IMG/VR virus record: IMGVR_UViG_3300036771_000052
Location: 33,862-97,861 of that record
Length of the DNA stretch: 64,000 nucleotides
DNA from: a virus
Reading direction: 5' to 3' (one strand)
The notes beneath the pieces are model-generated. The model did no database searches and was not told the origin of the DNA. It saw nothing but the letters and a program-made list of their open reading frames with translations. A program made the position numbers and the translations under genes. Of this stretch, positions 17,954 to 26,838 are shown piece by piece; the first letter of the stretch is position 1, and every line of letters begins with the position of its first letter.

Positions 17954-18709
17954 CTAGCCGAAAATGTAGTTCAGAACCTTCTCACCGATCACCTGTTCGG
18001 GTGATTCGATGCGCTTCGCTTCCTCCTTCGCCGCATGGACAGCGTTCTTCAGCTTCGTGATACGAGTGAGAATCTGCTCCCGCTCCGAAACAGGCATCGC
18101 ACCGCTGAACTTCACCCGAGTCCATTTGCCTTCAACGACGACTTCCTGGATGGTGACGAACTGTCCGGGTTGTTTATCCGTCGGCTGGAACACGGTGACC
18201 ACTTTCGGCTGTTGCGTCTGCCGCAAAGTAACCACCGGCTTCGACTTGTACACCCCCCGGCCGGAATCCTCCAACGTCCACTCGGTAGACGCCGAAAGCG
18301 TGGGGATGCGGGTGGCGAACGCTCGCAAATCGTCGAGCCTCTTATCCAGCCACAACAGATACGGCACCGGCGCGGCCTTGATGAGAGTCACCTCACCCAC
18401 CACCACATCAGCCTGCGCTTTACCTGATGAGTTGGTGAAATCTCTAGCCGCGGTGACGTCGAACAGTTCCGCCAACTGCTCCCTGGTGGCGTCGATCATC
18501 TCCTTCACTGTGGACTGGACTCGTTGTTCCTCAGGTACGAGTTCGAGTCCACCTTCCGCCGCCGGGGTGTACTCGCCGCGCATACCTTCCATCAATGCGG
18601 TCGGCTTGTCCAGCGCGTGATACCTTTCGGTCAAGCTCCGCATAACGGTTTTGCGGAGCTCACCTTCCTTCCCGACGATCGCGCCGAGAGTTTTCGGTTT
18701 CCCTGCCAT
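17954..18709 (-). CDS. 251-aa conserved protein of unknown function (recalled as DUF7873-like)
   Basis: LFDVTA.RD.TN...ADVVV, P.PYLL.L.K.L.DL, G.W...KFSGA.P, L..AV..A.EEA, GEKVL.YIFG match a widespread coiled-coil/beta-hairpin family; Pfam label unverified. Confidence 0.75.
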   Translation of the reverse strand: MAGKPKTLGAIVGKEGELRKTVMRSLTERYHALDKPTALMEGMRGEYTPAAEGGLELVPEEQRVQSTVKEMIDATREQLAELFDVTAARDFTNSSGKAQADVVVGEVTLIKAAPVPYLLWLDKRLDDLRAFATRIPTLSASTEWTLEDSGRGVYKSKPVVTLRQTQQPKVVTVFQPTDKQPGQFVTIQEVVVEGKWTRVKFSGAMPVSEREQILTRITKLKNAVHAAKEEAKRIESPEQVIGEKVLNYIFG

Positions 18710-18742
18710 CTGTGTTCCTTAATCTTGATCTTGAAGGGGGGG

Positions 18743-18850
18743 TCGGCGGCGGCAGCAGGACTAAGCTCGCCGGATCAACGGGAACGGGTCATGGCCAGCC
18801 TTTACCCCCGAAGGAATAGCGGAAAAGGAGGTTTTGACGTCCGCCGCCGA
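18743..18850. ncRNA. Inverted-repeat-bounded ~110-nt structured element upstream of the 251-aa gene
   Basis: tcggcggcgg ... ccgccgccga terminal stem. Confidence 0.4.
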
Positions 18851-18986
18851 AGTCTTGGTACCTACACAGCACACATGTACGATGCATACATGGGTGAAGA
18901 CATGTCACACCTCGACGGTTACCCGGAGGTGTTTGTCCGCGCGCTCGAACAATGCCTAAACGTCCAAGCGGGACTAGATGCGGTGC

Positions 18987-19670
18987 TTAACGCCGCGAAA
19001 ACACATACAACCGATCATGCATCCCCGACCACTGAGGAATCTCCACACCCGCAACCTCCTCAAACAGAGGTTCCTTAGGACAATCACACGCTCCATCATG
19101 CCAACACGCGCCGGTCCCTAACAGAACATGCATCTTCGGATCACCAGTACACCCCATACAACCTTCGCCAACATAAATGATCGTGTCACCGTCATACAGC
19201 TCCACCGTTTCATGTGGCCAATCCGCGTAGTGTTCCGGCCAACACATAAACAGTGTTCGTTCTCCCTTCCCCACCACATTGGTATGGTCGCCGGTGATGA
19301 CTTCGGTGAAGGTTTCCTCGCGGAGGGTCCAGTCGGAGCCGGGTGGCGGGTTGATGTCATACGCCACCACATCCAACCCCCGCTCTCGGAGAAGAGAGGT
19401 CCAGTAGCCGGCTCCGGCGCCGATCTCGATCAAACCATTCGGGGAGTACTTGATGATCGTGTCCAAAGCTTCATCGTTGGGGATGGCCCACGACCATTGT
19501 TTCCGCATGCTCTGATAGTTGGCTTCCCCTTTAGACACGCATTCGTAACAGTATTCCTCGGGTGCTTTGAGGAGTCGTGTCATGACGGGGATGTGTTCCT
19601 TCTGATGCTCAAACATTTCTTGATAAGCATCGAGGTACGGATTCTTGGTTGCTACCGCTGTGTCAGTCAT
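18987..19670 (-). CDS. Class I SAM-dependent methyltransferase-fold protein
   Basis: WAIP...AL, IEIGAGAGYW, VVAYD, LFMCWP, IYVGE. Confidence 0.7.
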   Translation of the reverse strand: MTDTAVATKNPYLDAYQEMFEHQKEHIPVMTRLLKAPEEYCYECVSKGEANYQSMRKQWSWAIPNDEALDTIIKYSPNGLIEIGAGAGYWTSLLRERGLDVVAYDINPPPGSDWTLREETFTEVITGDHTNVVGKGERTLFMCWPEHYADWPHETVELYDGDTIIYVGEGCMGCTGDPKMHVLLGTGACWHDGACDCPKEPLFEEVAGVEIPQWSGMHDRLYVFSRR

Positions 19671-20524
19671 TCCTCACCTGTGTAGTGGACGACTTGGATC
19701 GCGCCGACTGTGTTGTTGAGGGTCAGCGTGGTGTATTTCCCGGCGGAAAAAATGTACAAAACGTTATGGCCAGTGTGGTCACCAGTATTATCGAACACAA
19801 GATTGCAACCCTGGGGGACAATAATATCTAGAGCGTCTTCGTTGTAGAGGGGACGCAGCCGCAGATAAGAATATTTAGGGGTCCAGTAGTTTCGGGGTTT
19901 CCCGGGGTCCCTTCGGGAGGGAACCCCCCCGCTGTGAAGGAACCCTTGGAACCAACGATGGTATTCGGCTTCGGTTGCGGGTCGGAGCTGTTCCAACACG
20001 TACGCTTTGTCGCGTATGGCGGTTTCTTCCCGTACTGCTTCTAACTCTAGTTTGGCGCGTTCTTTAGCTTCTTGTTCTGTTTTCTCTTTGGCGTCATGAG
20101 CTAGACGAAGCTGTTCTCTTTGTTCTCTGTTCCACCGTTCCCTCTCTTCCGCTCTCTTAACGGACCGCTGTTGGTCTTCCCACCTGCGTATCCATTCTTG
20201 TTCGAAATTCCACCGTTTGTTCTTCTCCATGTGAACAACGAACATGGTAGCCGCGGCGGTGAAGAGTACCCAGATGAGGAGCGCCCACCACGCGAAGCCG
20301 TTGATCACCACACCGGGAATGCAAGCCAGGAACGTTGGTGATACCACCAAAGCTCCTCGACGTATCGTCGCGGTTTTTGATAGTCGCGGCGGCCACACCA
20401 CCGGCGGCGGAACAGGTTTTGCTTCTTCTATCCCGGCGAGACGGTTCCACCGTTCTAGATCCTTTTTGTCATCGTCGGTCAGAAATTTCCGCGGGTCGTC
20501 CTCTCTGTACCCCAGCTCCGCCAT
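19667..20524 (-). CDS. Membrane protein, 2 TM + coiled coil + globular C-domain
   Basis: ORF composition; coupled to neighbours. Confidence 0.6.
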   Translation of the reverse strand: MAELGYREDDPRKFLTDDDKKDLERWNRLAGIEEAKPVPPPVVWPPRLSKTATIRRGALVVSPTFLACIPGVVINGFAWWALLIWVLFTAAATMFVVHMEKNKRWNFEQEWIRRWEDQQRSVKRAEERERWNREQREQLRLAHDAKEKTEQEAKERAKLELEAVREETAIRDKAYVLEQLRPATEAEYHRWFQGFLHSGGVPSRRDPGKPRNYWTPKYSYLRLRPLYNEDALDIIVPQGCNLVFDNTGDHTGHNVLYIFSAGKYTTLTLNNTVGAIQVVHYTGEE

Positions 20525-20525
20525 T

Positions 20526-20777
20526 TCATTTGCCTTTACAACTCGGGTCCTGCGGGATCACCTTCAGACCACCATTATCCCATCCGCCGTTAGGGACACT
20601 GTAGAGACGGTTTCCATGGTCGCATGCCGTGGTTACGTTCTCCATGCCGGGGAGCGCGTTCGGGTTCAACTGAATGTACTTCGGTGTGTATGTGGCGTCG
20701 CAGCCGACGAGACAAAGCGTCACCAACACACCCATGGCAAGAATGAAAACATTCATCATCCGTCTGGCCACTTCCAC
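20526..20777 (-). CDS. Small lipoprotein
   Basis: Lipobox-like LVGC; CDHGNRLY motif. Confidence 0.6.
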   Translation of the reverse strand: MEVARRMMNVFILAMGVLVTLCLVGCDATYTPKYIQLNPNALPGMENVTTACDHGNRLYSVPNGGWDNGGLKVIPQDPSCKGK

Positions 20778-21070
20778 TCACCGAGAGGTATCTGAGCGGC
20801 TTTCTCACACGCCTCCGACAAACTCCACGCACGAACGGTTATCTGAAACGGGTCGGACACTTCGCTAGAGTCCTGTGACGGTTCTCCGGGTACTCTCGCG
20901 TAGCTCGCTTGGAGCGTCACGGAGAAGTGGAATTGATGTCCATCCTCCGGACTCTCGTTCTGGTCTTCTAAAGCTTGGCGTTCCGCGGTGACGCGGGGAA
21001 GTCGGCGATCGACAGGACCGGCGCGACGCCGCAACTCCTGAATCGCGCGAACCTTCTCCTTATCACTCAT
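20756..21070 (-). CDS. Hypothetical protein
   Basis: Overlapping operon gene. Confidence 0.5.
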   Translation of the reverse strand: MSDKEKVRAIQELRRRAGPVDRRLPRVTAERQALEDQNESPEDGHQFHFSVTLQASYARVPGEPSQDSSEVSDPFQITVRAWSLSEACEKAAQIPLGEWKWPDG

Positions 21071-21342
21071 GACTTGGCCGCTACCTCTTCATCGTGAATT
21101 TCTTGAGCTATAGACAAGACTGTCTTCGCGCAGGTCGCTTGGACTTCTTCCGGCATCTCCGCAAAATGATCCGCAGCGATGAATTCTTTAATCACGTACG
21201 TAGTCCAGCTTGGATAGTCGAGTGCCTCCCAAGCGCGACCTCGATACGCCTTCCTCATCTGTTCTTTCATGAGACCAAGTGAGTTTTGGATATGCTCCAC
21301 TCTGGCTAGTGCTAGCGCTTCTTTGTACCTGTCACTTGACAT
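21067..21342 (-). CDS. Hypothetical phage protein
   Basis: RAWEALDY.SW..YV..EF motif; start reassigned to 21342. Confidence 0.6.
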   Translation of the reverse strand: MSSDRYKEALALARVEHIQNSLGLMKEQMRKAYRGRAWEALDYPSWTTYVIKEFIAADHFAEMPEEVQATCAKTVLSIAQEIHDEEVAAKS

Positions 21343-21538
21343 GACCGAGCAGTCTCCCGAGTTCCTCGTTTGGACATATTTCGCCGGGGTCCAAAACAAA
21401 ACTGTGTTCCTGACAGTTACCATGATGATCGAATGCACACGGATTGGGATCGTAGAAGAGCTCTATAAACTCCGAGGGGACGGTGATGTACGCTGTACCA
21501 GCAGTGCTGTGTGTCTTGATCGTGATGTGGTCAGGCAT
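21332..21538 (-). CDS. Small Cys/His protein
   Basis: DP.PC.FDHHG.CQEH motif. Confidence 0.6.
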   Translation of the reverse strand: MPDHITIKTHSTAGTAYITVPSEFIELFYDPNPCAFDHHGNCQEHSFVLDPGEICPNEELGRLLGHVK

Positions 21539-21890
21539 CCCGCGCGTCCCTCCTCGCTTTCATTCGCAAACCATCCTCTACTGTGAATCCATTCACTGTC
21601 ACATTCGGCGCGTACCTCTTAGCGATCTCAATTGCCTCATCAAGCGTGAACTGTCGAGCTTCCCGCCACGACGGTGACCGCGACCACGGCTTAGCTTCTA
21701 GACACCACTTGCCGTGACGGTCAAGCGTATCCGAGGGATTGAAACCGTCGGTGACGGAGTACCAGTCCGCTCCGTCACGGTGGCCTCGGAATTCCACGTA
21801 GATGGTGAAATGGAAATCTCCGGGAACACAAGACACCGCTACCCGCATGACCCGAACTGTCGGTTCAGGTATCTCCACTTCGGATGTCAT
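21531..21890 (-). CDS. Hypothetical protein
   Basis: Start MTSEVEIPEP; operon coupling. Confidence 0.55.
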   Translation of the reverse strand: MTSEVEIPEPTVRVMRVAVSCVPGDFHFTIYVEFRGHRDGADWYSVTDGFNPSDTLDRHGKWCLEAKPWSRSPSWREARQFTLDEAIEIAKRYAPNVTVNGFTVEDGLRMKARRDARDA

Positions 21891-22007
21891 CTTTAGCTTT
21901 CCGTCTCTCCCGGCGATTTGTTCGACGTTTAGCTTTCCTACCACTGCGGATCACCGCGACAGCGTCGGAATGTTTGGAGAACAGAGCCGCTAATTCTTGT
22001 ATCCAGT

Positions 22008-22292
22008 TCATGCGGCGTTTTCCAGCGCCGCTCGACAGAGCTCGGGGGTGTGGGTTTGTGTCGTCACATGCCACCCACGCTTACCGTTCTGCATCCCGGG
22101 GGAAATCATCTCAACCTCATCGAGACAATATTGATATTGTTCATCGATGAGACCCACAACTTTCGTCCCACACCGGTCACACGGTCCATAGGGTTGGACC
22201 ACGGTCCCGGAGGAGCCGTCTACTTGTTCCACGGTGCGCCCGGCGGCGAAGAACGCTTTTACGGACGCTTCGAACAGTTCCTTGTCATCCAT
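22008..22292 (-). CDS. Hypothetical protein (CxxC)
   Basis: Operon coupling. Confidence 0.5.
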   Translation of the reverse strand: MDDKELFEASVKAFFAAGRTVEQVDGSSGTVVQPYGPCDRCGTKVVGLIDEQYQYCLDEVEMISPGMQNGKRGWHVTTQTHTPELCRAALENAA

Positions 22293-22602
22293 GAGGTGTC
22301 TCTTCTTTGGTCACTGTTATCGGAATCTTTCTGTCGAAAGCGAGGAGATCGTCCACCGCTTGACACACCGATCGCAGGTATGTGACGAACTCTTGTAAGT
22401 TGACGTGGAGACGTTCGTTCTCTACACGCATCCGAGTGACTTTCTCAACGATCTGATCCACACCGTATGGTGCGGGTACTCCAGCGGCGGTTGCGATCTT
22501 AACTTGCGCTTCACCCATGCGTTCGTTGGCGTCTACGAGGTTCGTGACGAACTCGTTGTCGTTGTGAGGTTGTTGCTTCCAATCTGCGACTGGACTAGTC
22601 AT
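22285..22602 (-). CDS. Hypothetical coiled-coil protein
   Basis: Start MTSPVADW. Confidence 0.5.
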   Translation of the reverse strand: MTSPVADWKQQPHNDNEFVTNLVDANERMGEAQVKIATAAGVPAPYGVDQIVEKVTRMRVENERLHVNLQEFVTYLRSVCQAVDDLLAFDRKIPITVTKEETPHG

Positions 22603-22720
22603 GCGGCCACACCTTCCGCAAATTACCCCGGTACGCCACGTACAGGGTGAAATGGTATTCCCCGGGGATACAGGACACCGCAACTCGCATCGTCCGAACG
22701 GTCGGTTCAGGTATCTCCAC
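22595..22720 (-). pseudogene. Truncated paralog of 21531-21890
   Basis: VEIPEPTVRTMRVAVSCIPGEYHFTLYVAYRG vs VEIPEPTVRVMRVAVSCVPGDFHFTIYVEFRG; stops after 41 aa. Confidence 0.7.
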
Positions 22721-23021
22721 AGTCCGACTCCCGAACTTCTTCCCATCTCGATCGAAGGAGCCGAGCTCCCTCTGATTTCAACCGGTCATACAGCGCGACC
22801 GCTTCCACCTCGTGGTTGCAACGCCACACCTTCCCATCATGAAGTACCCCCCAAATGGGGGGACCGTCCTCGTCTATCTCATGCATTTCCACGACAGCTT
22901 TGAGGTCATCAGCGCAGCCGTAGAACGCTTTCTGCGACAAGCCGGTAGTCCGTCTCCCGTACTTGTACCAATTCTGGTAGGTTTCGCGGAGATGCTCGAT
23001 CAGCGGTATCGACTCAGCCAC
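22707..23021 (-). CDS. Hypothetical protein
   Basis: Operon coupling. Confidence 0.5.
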   Translation of the reverse strand: MAESIPLIEHLRETYQNWYKYGRRTTGLSQKAFYGCADDLKAVVEMHEIDEDGPPIWGVLHDGKVWRCNHEVEAVALYDRLKSEGARLLRSRWEEVRESDCGDT

Positions 23022-23625
23022 TGTGTGGCTCCCCGACGACGGGTTTCGACACCCCAAGGTCCGCCGCCAATATCCTCACCAGACGTTCCGTCAGCTCCGG
23101 CTGATCAAACCCCGCGTCCCGGAGAATGGTCAGCGCGGTACGTGTCGCGCGCCACAGAGGATCACTATCGTCGTACTCCGGGAACGCCACCGCCGGGGGG
23201 TCATGCGCTGTCACATGGTTAATAAGGTCAGTCGACCAACCCTCCTCGTCTTCTTTGTGGAAGTGGCCGTGACCTTGCCAAAAGTATTGGTACTCCCCCG
23301 GAATCTCCCACTTATGGTCACAGGCGCTGCACTTGTACACCGCGACATGCCGGCTTCCACACACGAGACAGTCAAGGTCGTCGCATCGATCCGGAGTCCG
23401 TGTGGCTTCGCCGCGGATACGGATATTTCCCCCGGCGAAAGCGATACGGCGCGGCTCCCGCGGATCGTGAAGATACACCGCATCCTCCGGCAGCGTGGAC
23501 AACTCGGAATCCATGTCGGCGCCAGTGTCGAACAGTTTCACCGTGTCGTAGCATCCACCATAACGGTGCGCGACGATCCACGCTTCCGCGCTCTCCGACC
23601 ACCAAATCGGCGGCATCCTCGTCAT
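23014..23625 (-). CDS. Hypothetical protein with CxxC pairs
   Basis: CLVC...CSAC; start MTRMPP. Confidence 0.55.
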   Translation of the reverse strand: MTRMPPIWWSESAEAWIVAHRYGGCYDTVKLFDTGADMDSELSTLPEDAVYLHDPREPRRIAFAGGNIRIRGEATRTPDRCDDLDCLVCGSRHVAVYKCSACDHKWEIPGEYQYFWQGHGHFHKEDEEGWSTDLINHVTAHDPPAVAFPEYDDSDPLWRATRTALTILRDAGFDQPELTERLVRILAADLGVSKPVVGEPHSG

Positions 23626-23879
23626 CCCAACTCCATTACGCCAGAGACCATGAGCCTCAGGTAGCTGTCGTCCGATATCCCACTGGACCGTATCCGGCAA
23701 CCCGGCCGCCACACGATCCCGTTCGGAACAATCACGTCCCACAGATGTTTACCATCGTGGAACCCTAAGTAGCGGCAATCGACCGGTATAACAGTGTTAT
23801 CTTCAAGTATGAGACGGACGTTCTTCGGTGGCTCAGGGAGAGAGGTCAGTTCTTCAATGTCTGCGGCACCGGTCAGCAT
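23622..23879 (-). CDS. Hypothetical protein
   Basis: PP.NVRL...D..VIPVDC.Y.G; start uncertain. Confidence 0.45.
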   Translation of the reverse strand: MLTGAADIEELTSLPEPPKNVRLILEDNTVIPVDCRYLGFHDGKHLWDVIVPNGIVWRPGCRIRSSGISDDSYLRLMVSGVMELG

Positions 23880-24318
23880 CTTGCGGATACGCGTAAATAT
23901 TAGCGACCCAGCTCCCCGCATGACTCTCCTTAAACAACACCAAATGTCCGATCGGGATGAAGCTGTATGGTCTTCCTGTCATGAACTCCCAGCTGATATC
24001 GATGGTCCGCCGAAGATCGTCAGCGTTCTTCCAACCCCGAATGTGGAAGAACTTCTCCGGGTCCGACGTCGACACCAGACATGCGGCAGTCTCCGTCATC
24101 ACCCAAAGCAGAGCCTCCCGCGGATCGGTACACGCTTCACCGCGCGCTACCCGATCCGCGATCTCCTCACCGACGAACTGGTTTTCCTTCAATGTCAACT
24201 TTCGGTCCCACCGGGTCAGATGCCAGTGGGTGATCCCCAAGCTTCGCCACACCTCGCTGTCGCGGAGCGTGGGGATGTACTCCTCCGGGACTGTCAACAA
24301 CTCACTGAAGTCGGTCAC
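23854..24318 (-). CDS. Hypothetical protein
   Basis: Operon coupling. Confidence 0.5.
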   Translation of the reverse strand: MTDFSELLTVPEEYIPTLRDSEVWRSLGITHWHLTRWDRKLTLKENQFVGEEIADRVARGEACTDPREALLWVMTETAACLVSTSDPEKFFHIRGWKNADDLRRTIDISWEFMTGRPYSFIPIGHLVLFKESHAGSWVANIYAYPQDADRCRRH

Positions 24319-24554
24319 CCTGCTTGCTCGACCCGCTCCATCTCAACCGAACTACCACCTGGCGGCTCTTCGGTGTGAAGCCGAACCAGCTCCCGTAGGA
24401 ACAGTTTCCCTATCCAGCGGACGTGGCTGAGCTTTCGGCTGTCGTGTCCTCCCGCTCGCGCCTCGATGGCGCGTACGGCGATGTCCAGCTTGGTGTTGTA
24501 TTCGTGTACGTCGTCGACCAGCTGGTGACCCAGTCTGGTGAGCTCCTCGTCCAT
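24315..24554 (-). CDS. First gene of leftward operon, hypothetical
   Basis: RBS GGAGAGGA, directly downstream of promoter. Confidence 0.6.
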   Translation of the reverse strand: MDEELTRLGHQLVDDVHEYNTKLDIAVRAIEARAGGHDSRKLSHVRWIGKLFLRELVRLHTEEPPGGSSVEMERVEQAG

Positions 24555-24581
24555 CAGGTTCCTCTCCCCGTTGTGTTGGCG

Positions 24582-24626
24582 ACGCTACTCCCGGGTGGCA
24601 AAACCTGTCAACTCAGGGGTGGCATC
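24582..24626 (-). promoter_or_regulatory. Leftward housekeeping-sigma promoter with operator-like TGCCACC repeats
   Basis: TTGACA (24611-24606)-N18-TAGCGT (24587-24582); upstream block shared with the promoter at 27455-27498. Confidence 0.75.
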
Positions 24627-24699
24627 TTTTGCCGATTCCCGCCAACGGTGCCACCTGGCCGACGCCGACCCAAAGGGTCGAGGGTACTCGAACCAGAAC

Positions 24700-25016
24700 A
24701 AGATCAAAGATGCGTAGGGGAGCGTGATCCTCAGCAGTCCTATGTGGACTGCGGTCTGTCCTTAGTGGACGGCTTCGGGACGTGTAGGGGACGCGGCAGG
24801 GTGAGAACTAGCGGGAACTGGAGGGAACCTCGTTGATCCTTATTAAGATGTATAGATGCAGGTGAAGGCCATGATCAGTGTCCGGAGACGCTGGCCACAG
24901 CCTTCCCCATTTTCCCAGTTTCCACTTGTTGAAGAAGTACCCACATCTCAGAGAAAACTATCTCTGACCTGCGACGATGTTATCGTGAAGATCGCTCGGG
25001 ACGCGTCAGGGACGCG
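24700..25016. other. Probable attP
   Basis: Non-coding gap 3' of int; tandem arm-type repeats GGGACGYG x2 at 24777-24795 and 24998-25016; inverted gcaggtga (24858)/tgacctgc (24965). Confidence 0.65.
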
Positions 25017-26146
25017 CCAGCGCGAGCGAAAGCAGCGTCAACCGCATCCCGAATCCGATACTCCTGACCGGGACGCCGGTGGCCGTAGGTCTTCGCCACC
25101 AACGTCGCGTCCTTGTGACCCAAGTACTCAGCCACCGTCACCATGTCGATCCCGGCATCCAACAACACCGACGCGTAGTAATGCCGAAGATCATGCGGGG
25201 TGGCATCAGCGGGGAACGCCGAGTCCCGCTCATGCAACTTCAACACGGCGGGATGGAACACCCGATGGTGATATATCTCCCGCGCGTAAGGACGTCCCGT
25301 GCTGGCGTGGAACAGCAACCCCTCCCAGCCGGGCCGACTTCCCGGGGGGAACGTGGCGATATGGGTGGACAGCTCCTCCGCCACCCTCTCCGGCAGCGGG
25401 ATGGTCCGCTTGCTGTATCTGGTCTTCAGCTTCACCAGCTCGCCGGTGTCCGGATCGGACTGGCGTCGGATGCGGACCTCGCGGCGGAGGAAGTCAACGT
25501 TGTCCAGACACAGTCCGAGCGCTTCCCCGACGCGCAGACCGAGGCCGGCTTGAACCACCAAGATGCCTCGATACCGAGGCCGGACGAAATCGATCAGCGA
25601 CTCCACCTGATCATCTTCGAGGGGGACGACACGTTCGTCTTCGATCTCCGGGAGATCGATCGACGCGAACGGGTCGTCTTCCAACAGGTGGTCGGCGATG
25701 GCGGCGCGGATCGCGCTACGGACCATCCCGGCGATGATCCGTATCGTTGACGGCGCCAACCGTTCCCGCCGGCTTTTCAGCCACATCTTGGCGTCGGACA
25801 CCCGGAGTCGGTTCAGCTGGCAGTTCCCGAACGGTGTCCCCTCAACATGGTTTCTGATGTCGCGTTCGAAGCGGTCGGCGGTCCGCTTGCCGTGGATTTG
25901 CATCTTGGACCAGTGGCGCATCCATTCGATGACGGTGGTTTTGTCGGCGTGGTCCACCCATCGGCCGCGGAGCATGCTGGACTCGATCTCGATGCGGCGT
26001 TTCTCGGCGTCACCCTTCTTGGTGAAGCTACCGCCGTCCTTCTCCCGGCTGTCTTTGCGGTATTTGACTTGCCAGCGCATGCCGGTGTCGCAGCGGTCGG
26101 TGGGGCTACCGTCTTTGTTATACCAGCGGTCTTTGACGTATGCCAT
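24980..26146 (-). CDS. int: Tyrosine integrase
   Basis: GLRVGE (R), LKT (K), HDLRH, LGH, KTYGH (Y); ATG 26146 with RBS GAGAGGA. Confidence 0.95.
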   Translation of the reverse strand: MAYVKDRWYNKDGSPTDRCDTGMRWQVKYRKDSREKDGGSFTKKGDAEKRRIEIESSMLRGRWVDHADKTTVIEWMRHWSKMQIHGKRTADRFERDIRNHVEGTPFGNCQLNRLRVSDAKMWLKSRRERLAPSTIRIIAGMVRSAIRAAIADHLLEDDPFASIDLPEIEDERVVPLEDDQVESLIDFVRPRYRGILVVQAGLGLRVGEALGLCLDNVDFLRREVRIRRQSDPDTGELVKLKTRYSKRTIPLPERVAEELSTHIATFPPGSRPGWEGLLFHASTGRPYAREIYHHRVFHPAVLKLHERDSAFPADATPHDLRHYYASVLLDAGIDMVTVAEYLGHKDATLVAKTYGHRRPGQEYRIRDAVDAAFARAGASLTRPERSSR

Positions 26147-26171
26147 CGGTGTCCTCTCATACACTGGGTGG

Positions 26172-26354
26172 ATGGGTGAGTCTGTGGAGACCTGGCTGAC
26201 GCCGGTTCAGGTCGCCGAGGAGTTTCAGTTGTCGGTGAAGACGTTGGCTAATCAGCGGTGTCGGGGTGAGGGTTTTCCGTTTGTGCGCCTCCCTGGTGGT
26301 CGTATCCGGTACTCGCGGTCCGCGATTTCCAAGTATTTGGCTTCACGGCGGTGA
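26172..26354 (+). CDS. xis: Excisionase/AlpA-like HTH
   Basis: WLTP.QVAE...LS.KTLAN.R..GEG.PF.RL.G.RIRY; TACACT 6 nt upstream suggests a leaderless mRNA. Confidence 0.8.
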   Translation: MGESVETWLTPVQVAEEFQLSVKTLANQRCRGEGFPFVRLPGGRIRYSRSAISKYLASRR

Positions 26355-26379
26355 TGTGAGACCCACCGGCTACGTGGGT

Positions 26380-26727
26380 CTATTCGTGAGGGTCGACTAA
26401 CTTTCCGTTGGAGGCGATGAGCCAGGGTCGCCGGGTAGGGTCGAGGCCGTCGAATTCTGAGTCGAAGACGAGGCTGCCGACGATCCGGTCGAGCGCTCGT
26501 CGCTGCTCAGAGAGGCTGTACCAGGTCGGTAGACGAACGGTTCCAGTGTTGCGATTGATGCAAAAGTCCTCACCTCGGACCAGCGTTTCGTCTGCGACAA
26601 AACGGACGTGGAACCGCTGACTGATGGTCAGACACTTCCCAAGAAATGCGGTCCCCGGGAAGGGGTAGAACTTCTGCAAAGCCTGTACCCCGGACCCTGC
26701 CGGTGAAGCTTCCTCCGCGCTTGTCAT
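26380..26727 (-). CDS. Hypothetical protein in immunity region
   Basis: RBS GGAGGA; lies between xis and repressor. Confidence 0.5.
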   Translation of the reverse strand: MTSAEEASPAGSGVQALQKFYPFPGTAFLGKCLTISQRFHVRFVADETLVRGEDFCINRNTGTVRLPTWYSLSEQRRALDRIVGSLVFDSEFDGLDPTRRPWLIASNGKLVDPHE

Positions 26728-26838
26728 CGTGTGTTCCTCCCTGCTTGATGGGATTCTTTTCGATGTTCGGCGAAGAAGTTAACGTCGATCATGTGAGAAA
26801 CACAATCCGGGGTCAGTTTTGAGCGTTGATTAGGCCGT

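Noticed and set aside
24423-25737. Plus-strand ORFs 24423-24836 and 24856-25737
   Set aside because: They overlap the promoter, attP and integrase antisense; low-complexity translations.
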